From the human T2T-CHM13v2.0 reference genome, Homo sapiens: 64,000 nucleotides of DNA. This document shows positions 43,734-57,545 of the stretch, piece by piece. Both the position numbers and the translations under genes were made by a program. The notes beneath the pieces are model-generated. The model was given only the letters and a program-made list of their open reading frames with translations. It was not told the origin of the DNA and ran no database searches. The stretch's first letter is position 1, and every line of letters begins with the position of its first letter. The stretch lies in assembly GCF_009914755.1 (NCBI RefSeq), contig NC_060928.1; one strand, written 5' to 3'.

Positions 43734-43995
43734 ACACACACACACACACACACAATCTGTTCACCCTTCCAAGCCTTTTCACGTTTTCCCTCTCTGAGGG
43801 CCTTCTCACACCCATGCCCACCAGACACACACACACTCTTACACACACACACTCACATACACACACATTCGATCTGTTCACACTTCCAAGGCTTTTCACA
43901 CTGTTTTCCCTCTCTGAGGGCCCTCTCACACCCATGTTCACCAGACTCTCACACACATACTCTCTCACACACACACTCACACACACATACACTCT
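43734..43995. repeat. Tandem duplication of about 118 bp bounded by (CA)n tracts
   Basis: ATCTGTTCAC.CTTCCAAG.CTTTTCAC..GTTTTCCCTCTCTGAGGGCC.TCTCACACCCATG..CACCAGAC occurs twice. Confidence 0.9.
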
Positions 43996-44685
43996 TGCAA
44001 ACTCCTAGTCCTCTTACCATCATTCTTATAGCACTTGGCCCATGGTAGAGCCTTGAAAAAATATTTATTGTGTAAATGTGTCAGGCCATGCCCTTGTGTA
44101 CATGTTTGTTTTCCCACCATGAGTGACCTCCTCAAAGCAGGGCCTGTGTCTTTTCAGCCGAGACTGCATGGCAGAGTGATTTAAGGCTTACTAGCAATGA
44201 ATGACAATTTGAAAATACATTTGTGAAATTGAAAATTAGTGAATATTAAATGTAATTATGTAAATCAAAAAGATTTTGAGTTCAATAAAAATTACATAAA
44301 TGCCGATGATTTAACCCACTATTAATTCATTCATTTTCACTGTCATTGTGTCTTAAGTCAAATTCAATACTTCTGAATGGAAAACAATTTTTTTTGCAAA
44401 ATTATCTTTGCCACGTTTACACTTTGAAAGAAGTTTGCTTCCTCCATAACTTAAGCAGGGTGTATTTTTTTTTGGTTTGATGGTATAGGCCCAAGCAAAG
44501 CTGGAGTTGCTAAGAACTTGGGTTCTTGACTGAGATTATCTGGGTTCAAATCCTTTTACCATTTAATAATTGGGTGTTTGGGGGTAGATGACTTGCCCTC
44601 CCTGTGCCTCCATTTTCTCAGTCTTTTAAATGGAAATAACATAACACCTAATGTGATTATTGAGCAGATTAAATTAACTAGTGCA

Positions 44686-45058
44686 TGTATTAGTCTTCTG
44701 AGGATGCCATAAAAAATATCATAACAAAAAAAAGACTGGATGGCTTAAACAATAGAAATTTATTTTCTCACAGTTCTGGAGAGTGGAATTCCAAACTTAA
44801 GGTGGCAGTAGAGTGGGTGCTTGGTGAGTGTTCTGGCCTAGGTTTGCAGATAGCCACCTGCTTGCTTTTCGTGGTGTGTGAGCGCTTTGCTGTCTCTTCT
44901 TATAAGGACACTAATCCTGTTGGATCAGAATCCTCCTCCTTATGGCCTCATTTAACCTTAATTACTTCCTCAGAAGCCCCACCTCCAAATATAGCCACAC
45001 TAGGCACCAGAGCTTCAACATATGAGTCCTGAGGAAACACAAACCCTCAGTGCATAAT
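44686..45058 (-). mobile_element. MLT1A-like LTR inserted in a MIR (MIR 44490-44685 and 45060-45120)
   Basis: GGCTTAAACAATAGAAATTTATTTTCTCACAGTTCTGGAG...CTTATAAGGACACTAATCC. Confidence 0.85.
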
Positions 45059-45291
45059 GGACGTAGGGCAGTTGGCAGAATACCTGGTGTACAGGGTCAG
45101 TACCTGTTAACTGTTTTTGCAAGCTACTTTCTGTTCATGTGAATATACATGCTTGGAGCTCTTAGGAACAGAATATGACAGCAGAGCCAGTAGGGACTAG
45201 AGAAAGCAGAGACTAGGTTTGGCTTCTGCCTGGCCTGAGAAGGGTCAGGAAACCAAGTGGGGGATACGCTGCACCTGTGCAGGCCAGAAAC

Positions 45292-45530
45292 CAGGTGAGG
45301 GCCAGTATCCAGGTGAGGTCTAGGTTCCAGGTGAGGACCCTCCAGGTGAGGGTCAGCCTCCAGGTGAGGGCCAGCCTCTGGGTGAGGGGCAGCCTCCAGG
45401 TGAGAGTCAGCCTGCAGGTGAGCCCCAGCCTCCGGGTAAGGGCCAGGCTCCAGGTGAGGGCTGGCCTGCAAGTGAGGGCCAGCCTCCAGGTGAGGGCCAG
45501 CTTCTGGGTGGTGGCCAGCCTTCGGGTGGT
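45292..45530. repeat. 18-bp minisatellite CAGGTGAGGGCCAGCCTC, 13 units plus a partial unit
   Basis: Units read directly; one 15-nt unit at 45328. Confidence 0.95.
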
Positions 45531-46199
45531 CTCGGGGAGTCCTCAGGCATGCTCTGGAGAACGATACCCACTGCTGGACCTCTCATATTCTGTCCTGCAA
45601 ATATTTGCTGTGTGTCTCACCTTGATGCTGCCTTAAGTTGGACTCATAGACTAGACAAAACCACTGGAAGTTGAAGCAAGGAGGTGGTGCAAGGTGGTGA
45701 TGGTGAGGGGAAAGCAGGAGCCATGCAAAGCAGATCAGAGCAAAGCAGAGAACCTGAAAAGAGCCAAGAGAGGAAGGAAAAGAACCAGAAGACAGGGAAG
45801 GCAGTAGGCACTGACAGGACAGTGGACAAGAAGGAGAACAGGCTCTCTGTTATCTCAGCAGGCCTTGTGTCTCTCTTGGTGTTTCCCATCAGAGAATGCT
45901 CTCAGCAAGCAAAACATCAGGTCAGAGAATGGTCTAGAATTGTGTTTCATAAGGAAGCATAGTGAGATTACAAAACAGTCCTCACTTGCTTCCAGCATAC
46001 TCAAGAGTGTTCCTATAGCATTTCTCCCTTACTTTTCTTGCTAACTGTCTCTCAGGTGGAAGAACTAAAGCTCTACATCTAAACCCGTGGAAAATGTGCT
46101 TCAGTCTCCTGGAGGTAAGACCAGATGGCCATTTAGAAAAGTCAGACTCCTGTCTATAGATTTTTAAAGGAATGGAAGGAATCAGCATATATTTACACA

Positions 46200-46380
46200 T
46201 AGACTACATTTTAAGCACTCTGCTGTGTGTTTAAAATATTTTATGATATTTAATTCTTACAATGACATTTATAATCCTCTAATTTTCAGATGAGGAAGTT
46301 AAGCTCATAGACATTGTTCGTGACCTTAGCAAGACCACATGTTAGGATGGAATTTGAAAGCAGGTCTAACTATGAAACAT
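46200..46380 (-). mobile_element. MIR
   Basis: ATTTTCAGATGAGGAAGTTAAGCTCA...GGAATTTGAAAGCAGGTCT. Confidence 0.65.
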
Positions 46381-47549
46381 AATAGTTGGAGACTTCCACA
46401 CACAAAGATGTGCAAATATTAAAAGCCCACTGCCATCGTGGGAATTTTGTGTTTGCAGAATGTTTAGATAGAATAGAATTACCTGCATTTTAACAAATAC
46501 TATTAATAATAATCGACTCCAATTTTAGTGCAGTCTCGATGTTTCTTATATTTGAACTCTGAGATGGAATGAAAACCTCAACAATTTGCCACAAAGCAAA
46601 AGGCAGTTATGATTTAAAGATTATTAATAACATAGGCTGTGTCTCTGTGATACAGCTAAGGAGTCCCAGCTGATTCAAAATAGATGTCTTCTAATTAAAA
46701 ACAAATGCTACTCTGACAAACATAATTAGTACAAGTTACACTCAGTAGAAGAAAAGATAGTCTGAGATTGTGTAATGGCAAACATCTGGATTTGGGGGAA
46801 TGGATGACTGGCTGAACTCAGTTGTCCATGTTTGGACAGCTGGATTATATCATATTTAGGGCAGTGTCTTCTCACCAGCCTTGCCCCTGTTTCCTACCAA
46901 AGAAAAATAACTTATTTCTCCAAACCAGTCCCAGGACATGCTTCTAATCTCCACTGGTGTACAGATAGTTGGGGCTAGAGGCTGTCACTTCATCAGGCCA
47001 TTGACCTGCAACCTGAGGCTCCTGGGGTTATGCAGGAAGCTGAAAGGCTTCCAATCACAATTTCAGCATTTGTGAGACTTGGGTAATAAATATCTCTGTT
47101 GGCTTCTGAAAGGGCAAAGCCATGTCATCTTGCTGCTGTTCTACTTCTCTTTGCTCAGAAAATGAAACAAGGTCATCAGATCCAAATACATTTTTTATTT
47201 TCAACAATTCAAGATTCTTGTTTAAAGGGACATTTCAGAATGTCCTTGTTTTCCCTTAAGCTTTACTTGATCAGTGATTATTTGTTTGGCTTCCTGCAAG
47301 ATGAAGAAGTAAGAAAGAGATAAAAGGTGTGATCCTCGTTTACATACAAGAATTTTCATGGCAGCATTGTTCATTATAGTGAGAAAATGAAAATAACTAA
47401 AATATCCAATAATAAAGGGTTAAATAGATTGTAGAACATTCATACTTCAGAGCTATTAAAAATTGTGCTTTTAGAGAAACATTTAATGGCATAGAAAAAC
47501 ATTCACAAGAAAATTATGGCAACCTAAATGAGAAGGGGGGTCATTCTAG

Positions 47550-47985
47550 AGAGAAAACAGAAAAGAGGAGAGAAAGAGGAGAGAAGGGGGAGTCGTGAAA
47601 GGTAGGTAGAAGAATTTAGATTTGATCAAGTAATTCAGTAGGAAGGACTGTCAGTTCTACAGTAAGAAACTAGTGGAATGAAAGGGGGTTTGTATGTATG
47701 TATAGGTGAACTGGAAGTAAGAAAGACTGGAAGTATAGACCCCAGGCAGGAGGTTGCTGCAGTAACAGAGGCCTGTGGTGGTAAAGACCTGGGCTATACC
47801 AGTGTGGACAGAGGGATGGTGATGAAGGTGGTAAGATGTTAACACAGTACATAGTTGTATGTAGATGATAGTGGTGGCAGTTATGGAGGTGATGATCGAG
47901 GGACTGGTGATGGCCATGGTGATGATGATGACAGTGGTGGTATCGGTGGAAGAAGAAGAGGAATAAATGGCTCCTATGTTTGCTT
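47550..47985 (-). mobile_element. L2 fragment with (GGT/GAT)n low-complexity tract
   Basis: GGCAGGAGGTTGCTGCAGTAA...GGCCTG; purine-rich antisense L2 pattern. Confidence 0.5.
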
Positions 47986-48173
47986 AGAGAAACCAGCCTG
48001 TTCTGAGTAGCACCTATCTGCCTCCCTGCCACATTTTACGTCTCAATGGCTTTGAACTAATGGACAAACTTTAGCCATCTAAGTACCACCCTCACAGTTT
48101 TAACATATTCATGTACTACCCGTACTATTATTTGCTTCTTCAAGTCACCTACTTTTTGAATTCAAGGAATGTT

Positions 48174-48307
48174 ATTTTTTTTATTATTATTATTATTATT
48201 ATACTTTAAGTTTTAGGGTACATGTGCACAATGTGCAGGTTAGTTACATATGTATACATGTGCAATGCTGGTGTGCTGCACCCATTAACTCGTCATTTAG
48301 CATTAGG
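48174..48307 (-). mobile_element. Short L1PA3-like 3' end with (TTA)n tail
   Basis: TACTTTAAGTTTTAGGGTACATGTGCACAATGTGCAGGTTAGTTAC...ACTCGTCATTTAGCATTAGG. Confidence 0.9.
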
Positions 48308-49447
48308 AGATTTCCGTTTATTACTACTAATGAGAAATTTATTTTTGAAAGGGAACACAATTGTTTATTATTGTAAATGGAAAATGATATATCAGCTGGC
48401 ATACATTGAAAATGTTAGTAAAAATTAAAAACTGTAAAAACTAAACTTTGTTATGAAATTCTTGTGTGCTGGAGACTCTGACTCTGAGATCTGCTCTTTC
48501 TTTGTTAAAAATGAAGATTGAGTGTTAGAGAAGCATTAAAAGCATAATAGTACTAAATCAAAACTTTCCCTTTCATGAAATCTAAAGGACTAGAAGAGAA
48601 TTAAAAGGAAATGGCTTTTTCAGTATGTAGCAAAATGTCATTTAATGGCACATCTGTGTGTCACCTAAAATCACCTAGAATCATGTCTCGTGGTTTGGAA
48701 ACACTGTTCTAGGGAAAGATTGTTTTTCTTCATCTGGAACCCTGGGGACTCCTTTATCTTAGGAGCGATGAACCCATGAGGGAAGAGACCATGGGGAGAG
48801 AGAGAAGAGGAAAGAGGGAGACTGGGAGACAAAAGGGCAGGCTCTGTTGAAGCAGCAAAGGCCCTGAGAGCTGGAACCAGGTGGTTGGTAAACACACCCC
48901 TGTTTAGAATTTTTACATCACAAAAAAATTAGCAAGAAAGAAACTATAAATAATCACATAAGTATGTTAAGGAACTGAAAGAGAAAAAGAACTTCGATAC
49001 CACAACCTTTGTAAGATGCCCACATAAACAAACGAATTGGCATAGGCTGACTCACAGAAGGCCGTCTGGGAAGTGGTGGTGTGACTTAGATGTTGTCATT
49101 TGTGGAAATGCAAAAGTGCTGTATTTCTTTCCGATCTGGAAAAAAAAAAAAAAAACTAAAAAATAAAACCAATATCTTGACATATGTCTCCCAATTTATG
49201 TGGCTGATTTCCTATACTTTCAAAAATGTTTTTCCTCTGGGAAGTTGGTAAAAGCATGCTCGGGTCTCTTTGTGTCCTCCCCTACTCTCCACAGATGTTT
49301 ACATAAATATTCTCACTTTTATCCTCACAACAGCTCTAAGACGTGAGTAATACTACCCCACTCTTACAGAGATCTGAGGATCTTAGAGATAAAGTAAGTA
49401 ACAGCCAGCGACCACTTATCTGAGATTCATCTGTGACTCCCCATTTC

Positions 49448-50208
<761 letters not shown>

Positions 50209-51849
50209 TGTGACACCCCATTTCATGCCTTCATGATTATCCCTCTTGCTCCTAGGTAAAGTGACTTGATCTTCGGTGATTAAAAAAAAATTTTTTTCTT
50301 TGTACTCATAAAACTCCTATTCTTTGCTCAGCATTACCATTAAATAAAAAAAAAAAAGCATCCCTCTTCAATGTGATGGTTATGCTGTACTCAGTTATGA
50401 AGCTGCACACAATCTTGGATAAGTGGGAAGAAAGCACATGCCCACCACCAGGTCCAAATAAGATCCAGAAAACCCACTGAGCCATTGGCTTCTTAGTACT
50501 AGTTTCCACACTCTATATACACTTTTCTTTAAAAGAGGTTGTTATTCGGGAACTGGAAAATGTTTTTTGGTTTGATAAGTAGATATTAGTGTCCTCAGAT
50601 CACATTTATCAGGTGCCCACACAAGCCTGTGAAAACTGCAGTATTGTTTAATATGCATGAAAATTAATTAGTGGCTTAAATGTTAATAAATATCTTAGGA
50701 GTACCTCAAAAGAATATGCCAAATAAATGTCTGAGATTGATTCAAGAGGAAGTCCTGGGGTTATAATCAGCACAGAGGGATTGAGCCGCTTCCTGTGTTG
50801 CAGGGTAATTTTTACTATCCTGGGGGCACTATTTAAAATACTCATGAAGCATATGTAATGTCATATAATGATTTGCCTTCTATCCATCCGCACAGCTCTA
50901 CTAGAAGACTTTTCTTCTTACTCCTGAAGGTACCACACAACGTGAGAGTTCTGTCAATGAGCCAATGTTTAGGGACTGGCCATGTGCCCAGATCTGTCTT
51001 CACAGAGGCTCCAGTTTTCCCAGTTCAGGTGAATGAGTAGATAATCACAGATGATTAGTCAAGGTGGTGTGTGAATGGGGACCAAGAGGACAGATTTCTA
51101 TTTCCACTTTTGCTACCATGCTGGGTCTTGTGAGATATATTACAGTTTTCCTCTATCAAATGAGAAAATTGGTTAGGGTCCCTCCACTTAAAAAGCAAAC
51201 TAACATAAAAAAAAAGAACTTATGATTCTGTTCTCTGGAGCTTGAATGTTGATATAGAAAGATCTGTAAAGAGCATTGTTTATCTGTGTGAACTACCATA
51301 GTGAAGCTGAAATGATACAGAGATTTTGTGACTCATCTGATCTACAATAAGCTGGAGAAATGTCATTGCCAAGCATTCACTGGGCATGGTCATTGCCTGT
51401 TCCACTATAGGGTTTATAGAAGTAGGAAGAAGTTAAGTTGCAAGTTCCTGACTGGAATCTGGTTCCTCCAATTCCACCTTAGACTCGGCCTCATGTAGTC
51501 ATCTTAGGTTTACTTCATGAGCTGATGTGTTGGTCAGTTTACAAATGAGCCTTGGGAATGCAGGTTATTTTATAAATTGATGCTCTCTGCTGAATTTGGA
51601 GTTATGAAAACCTGTGTTCCTGAATCAGCACATCCTCACCAGACTGCAACGCCCACCTCCATTGTTAAGCTGGACACCAAGATTAAGTTCTACCTAGGTG
51701 TCAAATATATGAAGAGGGAAGGGTATTCATTAGAATTAGGTGTGGTCAAAAGACATCCCCCCCCCTGCAACACACACACACACACACACAAGCGTTGCCT
51801 TAAAGAAGATTAAAGTATATTTCTCTTTCAGGTAAATAGAGACAGTCCA

Positions 51850-52250
51850 TGTGCAGAAGAGTTAACATAGCAGGCCTGAGGCTGTTCTCCTTAGAAAGAT
51901 TGCTTGAAGGTCAGCCTTGACTGGCATCTGGGAATATAGCTCTTGGGGTGACCCTAGTCAACAATTAGCTGATATTGGGAAACAACTAGCAGTCTGCCAC
52001 AACATGCACTATTTTCTAATAGACGAGGTGATTTTTTAAAAATTGAGATCAAACATTAAACACAGTGCCAAGACTGCTTTCCTTGTGGCAGTCTGGAATT
52101 TTGGTACATGGCTAGACAGAGGGTATCTAACATGATCTCAGCCATGTATCCTTACCACATTGCTGTATAAATCTTAGGCATGAGTGCATGACATTCTGAG
52201 TCCTTCTAGCAAAACTTTGAATGTGGGGGTGGTCTTGGGGAGCCTGAAAT
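51850..52250 (+). mobile_element. MER68-like LTR
   Basis: TGTGCAGAAGAGTTAACATAGCAGGCCTGAG...GGGGTGGTCTTGGGGA. Confidence 0.65.
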
Positions 52251-52635
52251 AGTTTAGGACCAGTATGGCAGCTCCACAATGACAGGCACCCCGACTGCTG
52301 CCACCTTTTGGTCTGCTATCTTGAAATGCATCTGGACCTTATAGTCCAGGATGGCTCTTTTTTATACCCTACATTCTCACTAACAGAGACAAGGGAAGTA
52401 ACAAGAAAAGGGAAGCCTTCATTCCACACCACAGTTTAAGTACAGTTTCTAATTGTTACAGAACACAATTGCATCCCATTGGCCAGAATTTAGTCAGATG
52501 GCCACACCCAGCTGCAAGGGAGGCTGGGAAATGTCTTTATTCTGGGCAATCCTGTGTCCAGCCAACATCCTGGAGTTCTCTACTGAGAAAGGAGAAAATG
52601 GGTACTAGAGGACAACTAATAGTCTCTGCCACAGA
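52251..52635 (-). mobile_element. MLT1 (J/K-like) LTR
   Basis: CATCCCATTGGCCAGAATTTAGTCAGATGGCCACACCCAGCTGCAAGGGAGGCTGGGAAATGT...TCTGCCACA. Confidence 0.8.
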
Positions 52636-54284
52636 AGGCAAGAAAATGGTGGGGAATTATTTTTTTAATTGAATCAAGTTAAGGATCTTTATGCCAGTAA
52701 GCAAAATTAATTAAACAGCTCAAAGTATTACATCAGTTTTAGGCTGAATTTCCTAAATAGTGTAAAAGAGGCAGGCTTTTTGCCTATAGAAAGATTTATT
52801 CTCAGACCATTGATGAGCTGCTAAATCATTTGCAAGCTGTTAAATGATTTACATATGGACGGAATTGAGAGTTCCCAGACATTGGGTTCCTACCACTTTC
52901 CTCACTCTCCCTCTCACCTCATTTTCTCAATATTTCTAAAAATAAAACATTTGAATGGAAATATTTAGGCCAAATGGAAAAATCTAGGCTATGAGACTTG
53001 GTTTTCTATACATCTCCTAAAACACCTACTACACAGGACTGTACCAAGTCAACATACTATAATTCTTGTCCTCAAGGAATTTTCAACTTAGTCCATGATA
53101 ATATTAAATATTGTGATATATTTTTATGCAAATGCAATAGTACCAACCACACACAGATGCATCAGTTATTAATCTGAAGATTAATGGATGGGCTTCATGA
53201 AGTTGTACAGACATTCCTGAAATGGTGTACAAAATTGTGGTGCAAACATATTTTTTTCTGTCAATTTTGTCAGTTGCTCAAAGGAGTCTGGGACTCTCCA
53301 ACAATTATAAATGTTTTGCATTCATAGTTTAACTTCTGATTGTCTAGAGATAATACATATGCTGTGGTCCATTCATGCTGAAGTCCCAGTGTCCTAGAAA
53401 CTGGTGGTGAGGGGAAATTTGCCAGCCATCCAGAGCCAGAGGGATAAGCTGGACAAGAAGCAAAGCAAAATAGCAGGCCTTGGAGCATTAGAATGAGCTG
53501 GGTCTTAATTATAGAGTAGCTCTACCAAACAACACATTCTCTTAGAACAAGTCATACCTAAATAACATGTCTGACTTTCATCTAAGATGGCTTGTAGTCA
53601 CCCAAATGAGCAGCCAATGCCAATCCAGGGACATCCATTTTCCATATAAATCCAAGGCATCTTTGCACAGGCCTCCTGTAGCAGTCTCATATCCTAAGTG
53701 TGACTTCTGCTGTGTCCTGGTGAGGGCTACAGTGAACGACAGGGGCAATTAGAGCAAAATTCAGAAGCCCAAGTTCAAACAGGTAGTACACCACATCTAC
53801 TTAGGTATCTTTCAGTAGCCAAGGTCAATGAGCCCGGATAACGAACAATAAAATCCGTGTGTTTGAGAATATGGGTGATGAGATTTCTCACATTTGTTTT
53901 GTGTATTTCCTTCATTTGATTGGAAGGTTGCAGGGCACATGTCATGGTGATAGGACCCATTTTGCTCAGCCATGGGAAAGCAGATTTATTCTCATGAGAT
54001 TAGCAGTTGGGATGTAAGAGTGATTAAGGACTCTAACCATGTGATTTTAGGTATATGCAGAATGCAGTCTGCATCTGACGGCTGCAGCAGACTTTTAAAG
54101 CAGCAGGGACAGCCAGATCACACTGTTTAGAGATTAAGCCTCATAATGCCAGAAGGCAAACCAGCTTTTTTCCAGAGTGCTTTAGGGGGCAACCCATCAC
54201 AATGTGCAGTTTTTATATATCTGGAATGGGGCAGCTCAGACACTCTAGGAAATGTTGACTAGTGCTCTTGAATTATGGAAGTTA

Positions 54285-54725
54285 CATTAGTTAGTAAATA
54301 ATTTAGGTTACCAAAAAACTACAGTGACTCAAATGAGATAGTAGTTTCTTGCTAACTGCTCAGTGGTAGATGGGTGGTCCAAACAGCACTCTACCAAATT
54401 GTCCAGGGACCCAGGCTCTTTCTCCCTTGTTGCTCCATAGTATCAGGAAAGACCACCAGCAGCAGCACCTCAATCCAGCTTCCAGGAAGGGGAAAAGAGA
54501 GAATGTACAGGGCAGGTACTCTCTCTTTAAGGATGTGATACCCGGGCAGCTCACAGTACTCTGCTCACATTCCATCCTGGAGAACAGCACAAGATCACAC
54601 CTAGCTGCAAAACAAGCTTAGAGATGGAAGTCATAGCCATGTGCTCTGCTGAAACTGTCCAGGGGTAGGAAGGAGCGCACTCTATTATTAGAATTTTTAA
54701 AAGGAGAGTGGATTCTGGGGAAGAA
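54285..54725 (-). mobile_element. MLT1 (J/K-like) LTR
   Basis: CCAGGGACCCAGGCTCTTT...CACACCTAGCTGCAA. Confidence 0.6.
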
Positions 54726-54919
54726 GGATCATGGTTGATATGAGATAGTTAAATATCCAACATGCCAAAACTGCCCATGCCAGTTAATGCCAGGAAAAGA
54801 ATCACCAACACACTACTAGTACTTCTTTGATCCTGTTCTATGCATTATCCTAGGAGAAGCCTTCATCTTCAGAGAATCACTGTACCACAGTGTGATTCTC
54901 TTTGATAGAATTAGCCCGA

Positions 54920-55110
54920 GGCAGTAGAGCATCCTAGAAAGAGCATGGGCTTTTGAGTGAACCAGAAACCTCTCATTCCTGTGTAGCTCACTTAAATGTG
55001 TGTAATTTGAACATATTACTCTACCTCAATAAACTTCAGTTTTCCTAACTGTAAAATAGGCCTATGGAGATTAAATCATTGTTATATATGTTCACAGTGC
55101 CTGATACTTA
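54920..55110 (+). mobile_element. MIR
   Basis: GAAAGAGCATGGGCTTTTGAGT...CTTCAGTTTTCCTAACTGTAAAATAGG. Confidence 0.7.
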
Positions 55111-55342
55111 GGGAAAAAAAGTGTATGTGTGTGTCTGTATATGACTTTTACCAGGTTATACTGAAAGGAAGGAGACAGAGAAAAGATTAATGATCAAGGT
55201 TGCATTGACCTTGAAAACTGAAATGAAAAATAACTTTCCCTTGTAAAAATTCCATTTGTTCTGTGTGCTTAACTAGAGGACACACTCATTTCAGAGAAGG
55301 AAAGGCAAAATGCTTCCCTTCTATTAATAAGGCAGCAAACAG

Positions 55343-55598
55343 TAACCCCAGCACTGTGGGAGGCCAAGGTGGGCAAATCACTTGAGCTCAGGAGTTGGAG
55401 ACCAGCCTGGGCAACATGGCAAACCCCATCTCTACAAAAAATACAAAAATTACCCAGGCATGGTGGTGTGTGCTTGTGGTGCCAGCTGTTCAGGAGGCTG
55501 AAGTAGAAGGATCACCTGAGCCTAGGAAGTCCAAGGCTGCAGTGAGCCTTGATCGCACCACTGCACTCTAGCCTGGGCAACAGAATGAGACTGCCTCA
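55343..55598 (+). mobile_element. AluJ, 5'-truncated
   Basis: ATCACTTGAGCTCAGGAGTT...AAGGCTGCAGTGAGCC. Confidence 0.88.
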
Positions 55599-55759
55599 TA
55601 GAGAATCAAAAACTGGCAGCAGTTGTGCAGTCTAAGATGCTGTCTAATAAGGAATTGAGAGCACCTAAGTTGATGTTACACTGAAAACTTTGGGCAGAGC
55701 TTCATCAGGAATATTAAGAGTTTGAAGTGAATGTTTCTTTCTTCTCTACGGTAAACTTC

Positions 55760-56090
55760 ATCTTTTCTGTTTCTCCGAACCCTGCTCCTTCCAGGCCCAG
55801 TTTATATGCAGATTCCTCCTTGACGCAGACTTCCCCACTCCCTCACAGGCAGAAGGAATTGCTTCTCTCACTGTAGTCCTCAAACTGGCTTCTGCTCCTT
55901 TCAAGCCCTGCTGCCTTATGTGACTGTTGGTAGCTTACCTGTCTGTGTCCTCTAAAAGATTATAAGCAATTTGAGGGCAAAGACCACATTTTATATTCAT
56001 CACTGTCTCCCTTCCCTTCAACCCCTAGTATAAAACTTCATACATAGCACATGCCAAATAATCAGGCTGCTTAATGAATAAATGAAAGAA
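55760..56090 (+). mobile_element. L2 3' end
   Basis: GATTATAAGCAATTTGAGGGCAAAGACCA...AATGAATAAATGAA. Confidence 0.65.
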
Positions 56091-57349
56091 TTCCTACTTG
56101 GCCACTCCAGCTCAATGTTCTAGTGACTGTATATTCTGACTAAAAAGATTGACTCGTTATCTGACAAAGGAACATATTGAGGACAAAGAACAGGTAGTTT
56201 TAAATCTTAATTGTCCTGGGGAAATCAGAAACATTTGGTTATATTCAAAAGTCATGCATCTCTCAGTGAATTAATACAGCTCTAAGTTTTGTTTATCTTA
56301 AGCAAGTCACTTAACCTTTATAGCTTTGCATTCTTCCTTAGCCCAGTGTGGATAGCAATACTTGACCTGCCTGCTACACAGGGTCACTGTGATGAGGAAC
56401 AAATGGTATCACAATGTGGGTGAAATCTCTTTGGGAAATTCTAAATCACTGTAAGATCTGAGGTCATAGTTACAGAAGTTGCTTTCCATTTTATGGAACA
56501 TAAAAGTGAAGCTCCAAATTTTGACCTTCTGGCACCACAACTACATAATCCTTCAAGGCCCAGGCTAGCATTGCTTATTTTGGAGGAGTAACCTCTCATC
56601 TCTCATTACTTAAAAGTTTCAAGACTTGGAGGTCACTTAATAAACAATTCCAAGTTAATCCAGCAAATCATAGAATTAGATGATCTGACTCAACCTCTCA
56701 TTTTACCTCATAGAGATCAAATCTGCTATGTTTCCTTTTCTATCATGGACAGACTCTCTTTTCTCACTTTCTGCCCCCAGAATGTACAATAATCTACCAT
56801 CTTGAAAGGAAATTCTAGAAAAATAAAGTTTAACTGGAATGACGAATGAGGGCCACCCTCATTGTTAAGATGTTATGTTTCCACAAACGCAGAGCCGACT
56901 GTAAATTTGAACCTTAACGGGGGTAACATCAATTTAAGATATGGTCTGGTTTCCTGAAGCTACAGTCTACTAACATTACAAAGAGAGTTTGATTAAGGAC
57001 TGGCTATATGGCTTTAGAATTATGCCAAAGAGGAGGAAGGAGAGAGAGCAAAGTCCTGCAGGAAATAGGCAAAGGCCTGGAAGATCAAAGGTTCTTGTCC
57101 CTGAAGTAAGCTTTCATTATTCATATAGTCCTTTTTAAAAAACCAAAAGGGTCCAGAGGAAGCACAGTAGATAAGTGACATCTGAGCAAGGGAGACTTCC
57201 TCTTACGTCAAAGCAACACAGAATACAAAAGAGTAATTCAGCAGTAGGATGTAGGATTGCTGCTGGTAGGGGAAGGAGAGCTGGGGACCCTCTAAAGCTA
57301 TGAAAGTCTAGGGATGTGATGCATTTGTAGTATTTTCACTTTTTCAGTG

Positions 57350-57545
57350 CAGGGTTGTCAGCGTCAGCACTCTGGACATTTCGAGCTAGGTCGTTCTTTG
57401 TTGTGGGGAGCTGCCCTGTGCATTATAAGAACCACTGGCTTCTGCCTACTAGATGCGACATCTTCCAAGATGTGAAAATAAAAAATGTTTCCAGACAGTG
57501 TCAAATGTCCTCTGGCAGCAAAATTTCCCTGCTTTTGAACCGCTG
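57350..57545 (-). mobile_element. MER20
   Basis: TTGTTGTGGGGAGCTGCCCTGTGCATT...AAAATGTTTCCAGACA.TGTCAAATGTCC. Confidence 0.8.

Noticed and set aside
43472-44048. 178-aa and 135-aa His/Thr-rich ORFs
   Set aside because: Produced by (CA)n tracts and the tandem duplication
45124-45636. Repeat-protein ORFs on both strands as a real gene
   Set aside because: An 18-bp stop-free unit yields open frames automatically; no start or exon context, so kept only as part of the minisatellite finding
47657-48032. His-rich minus-strand ORFs
   Set aside because: (GGT/GAT)n low-complexity sequence within an L2 relic
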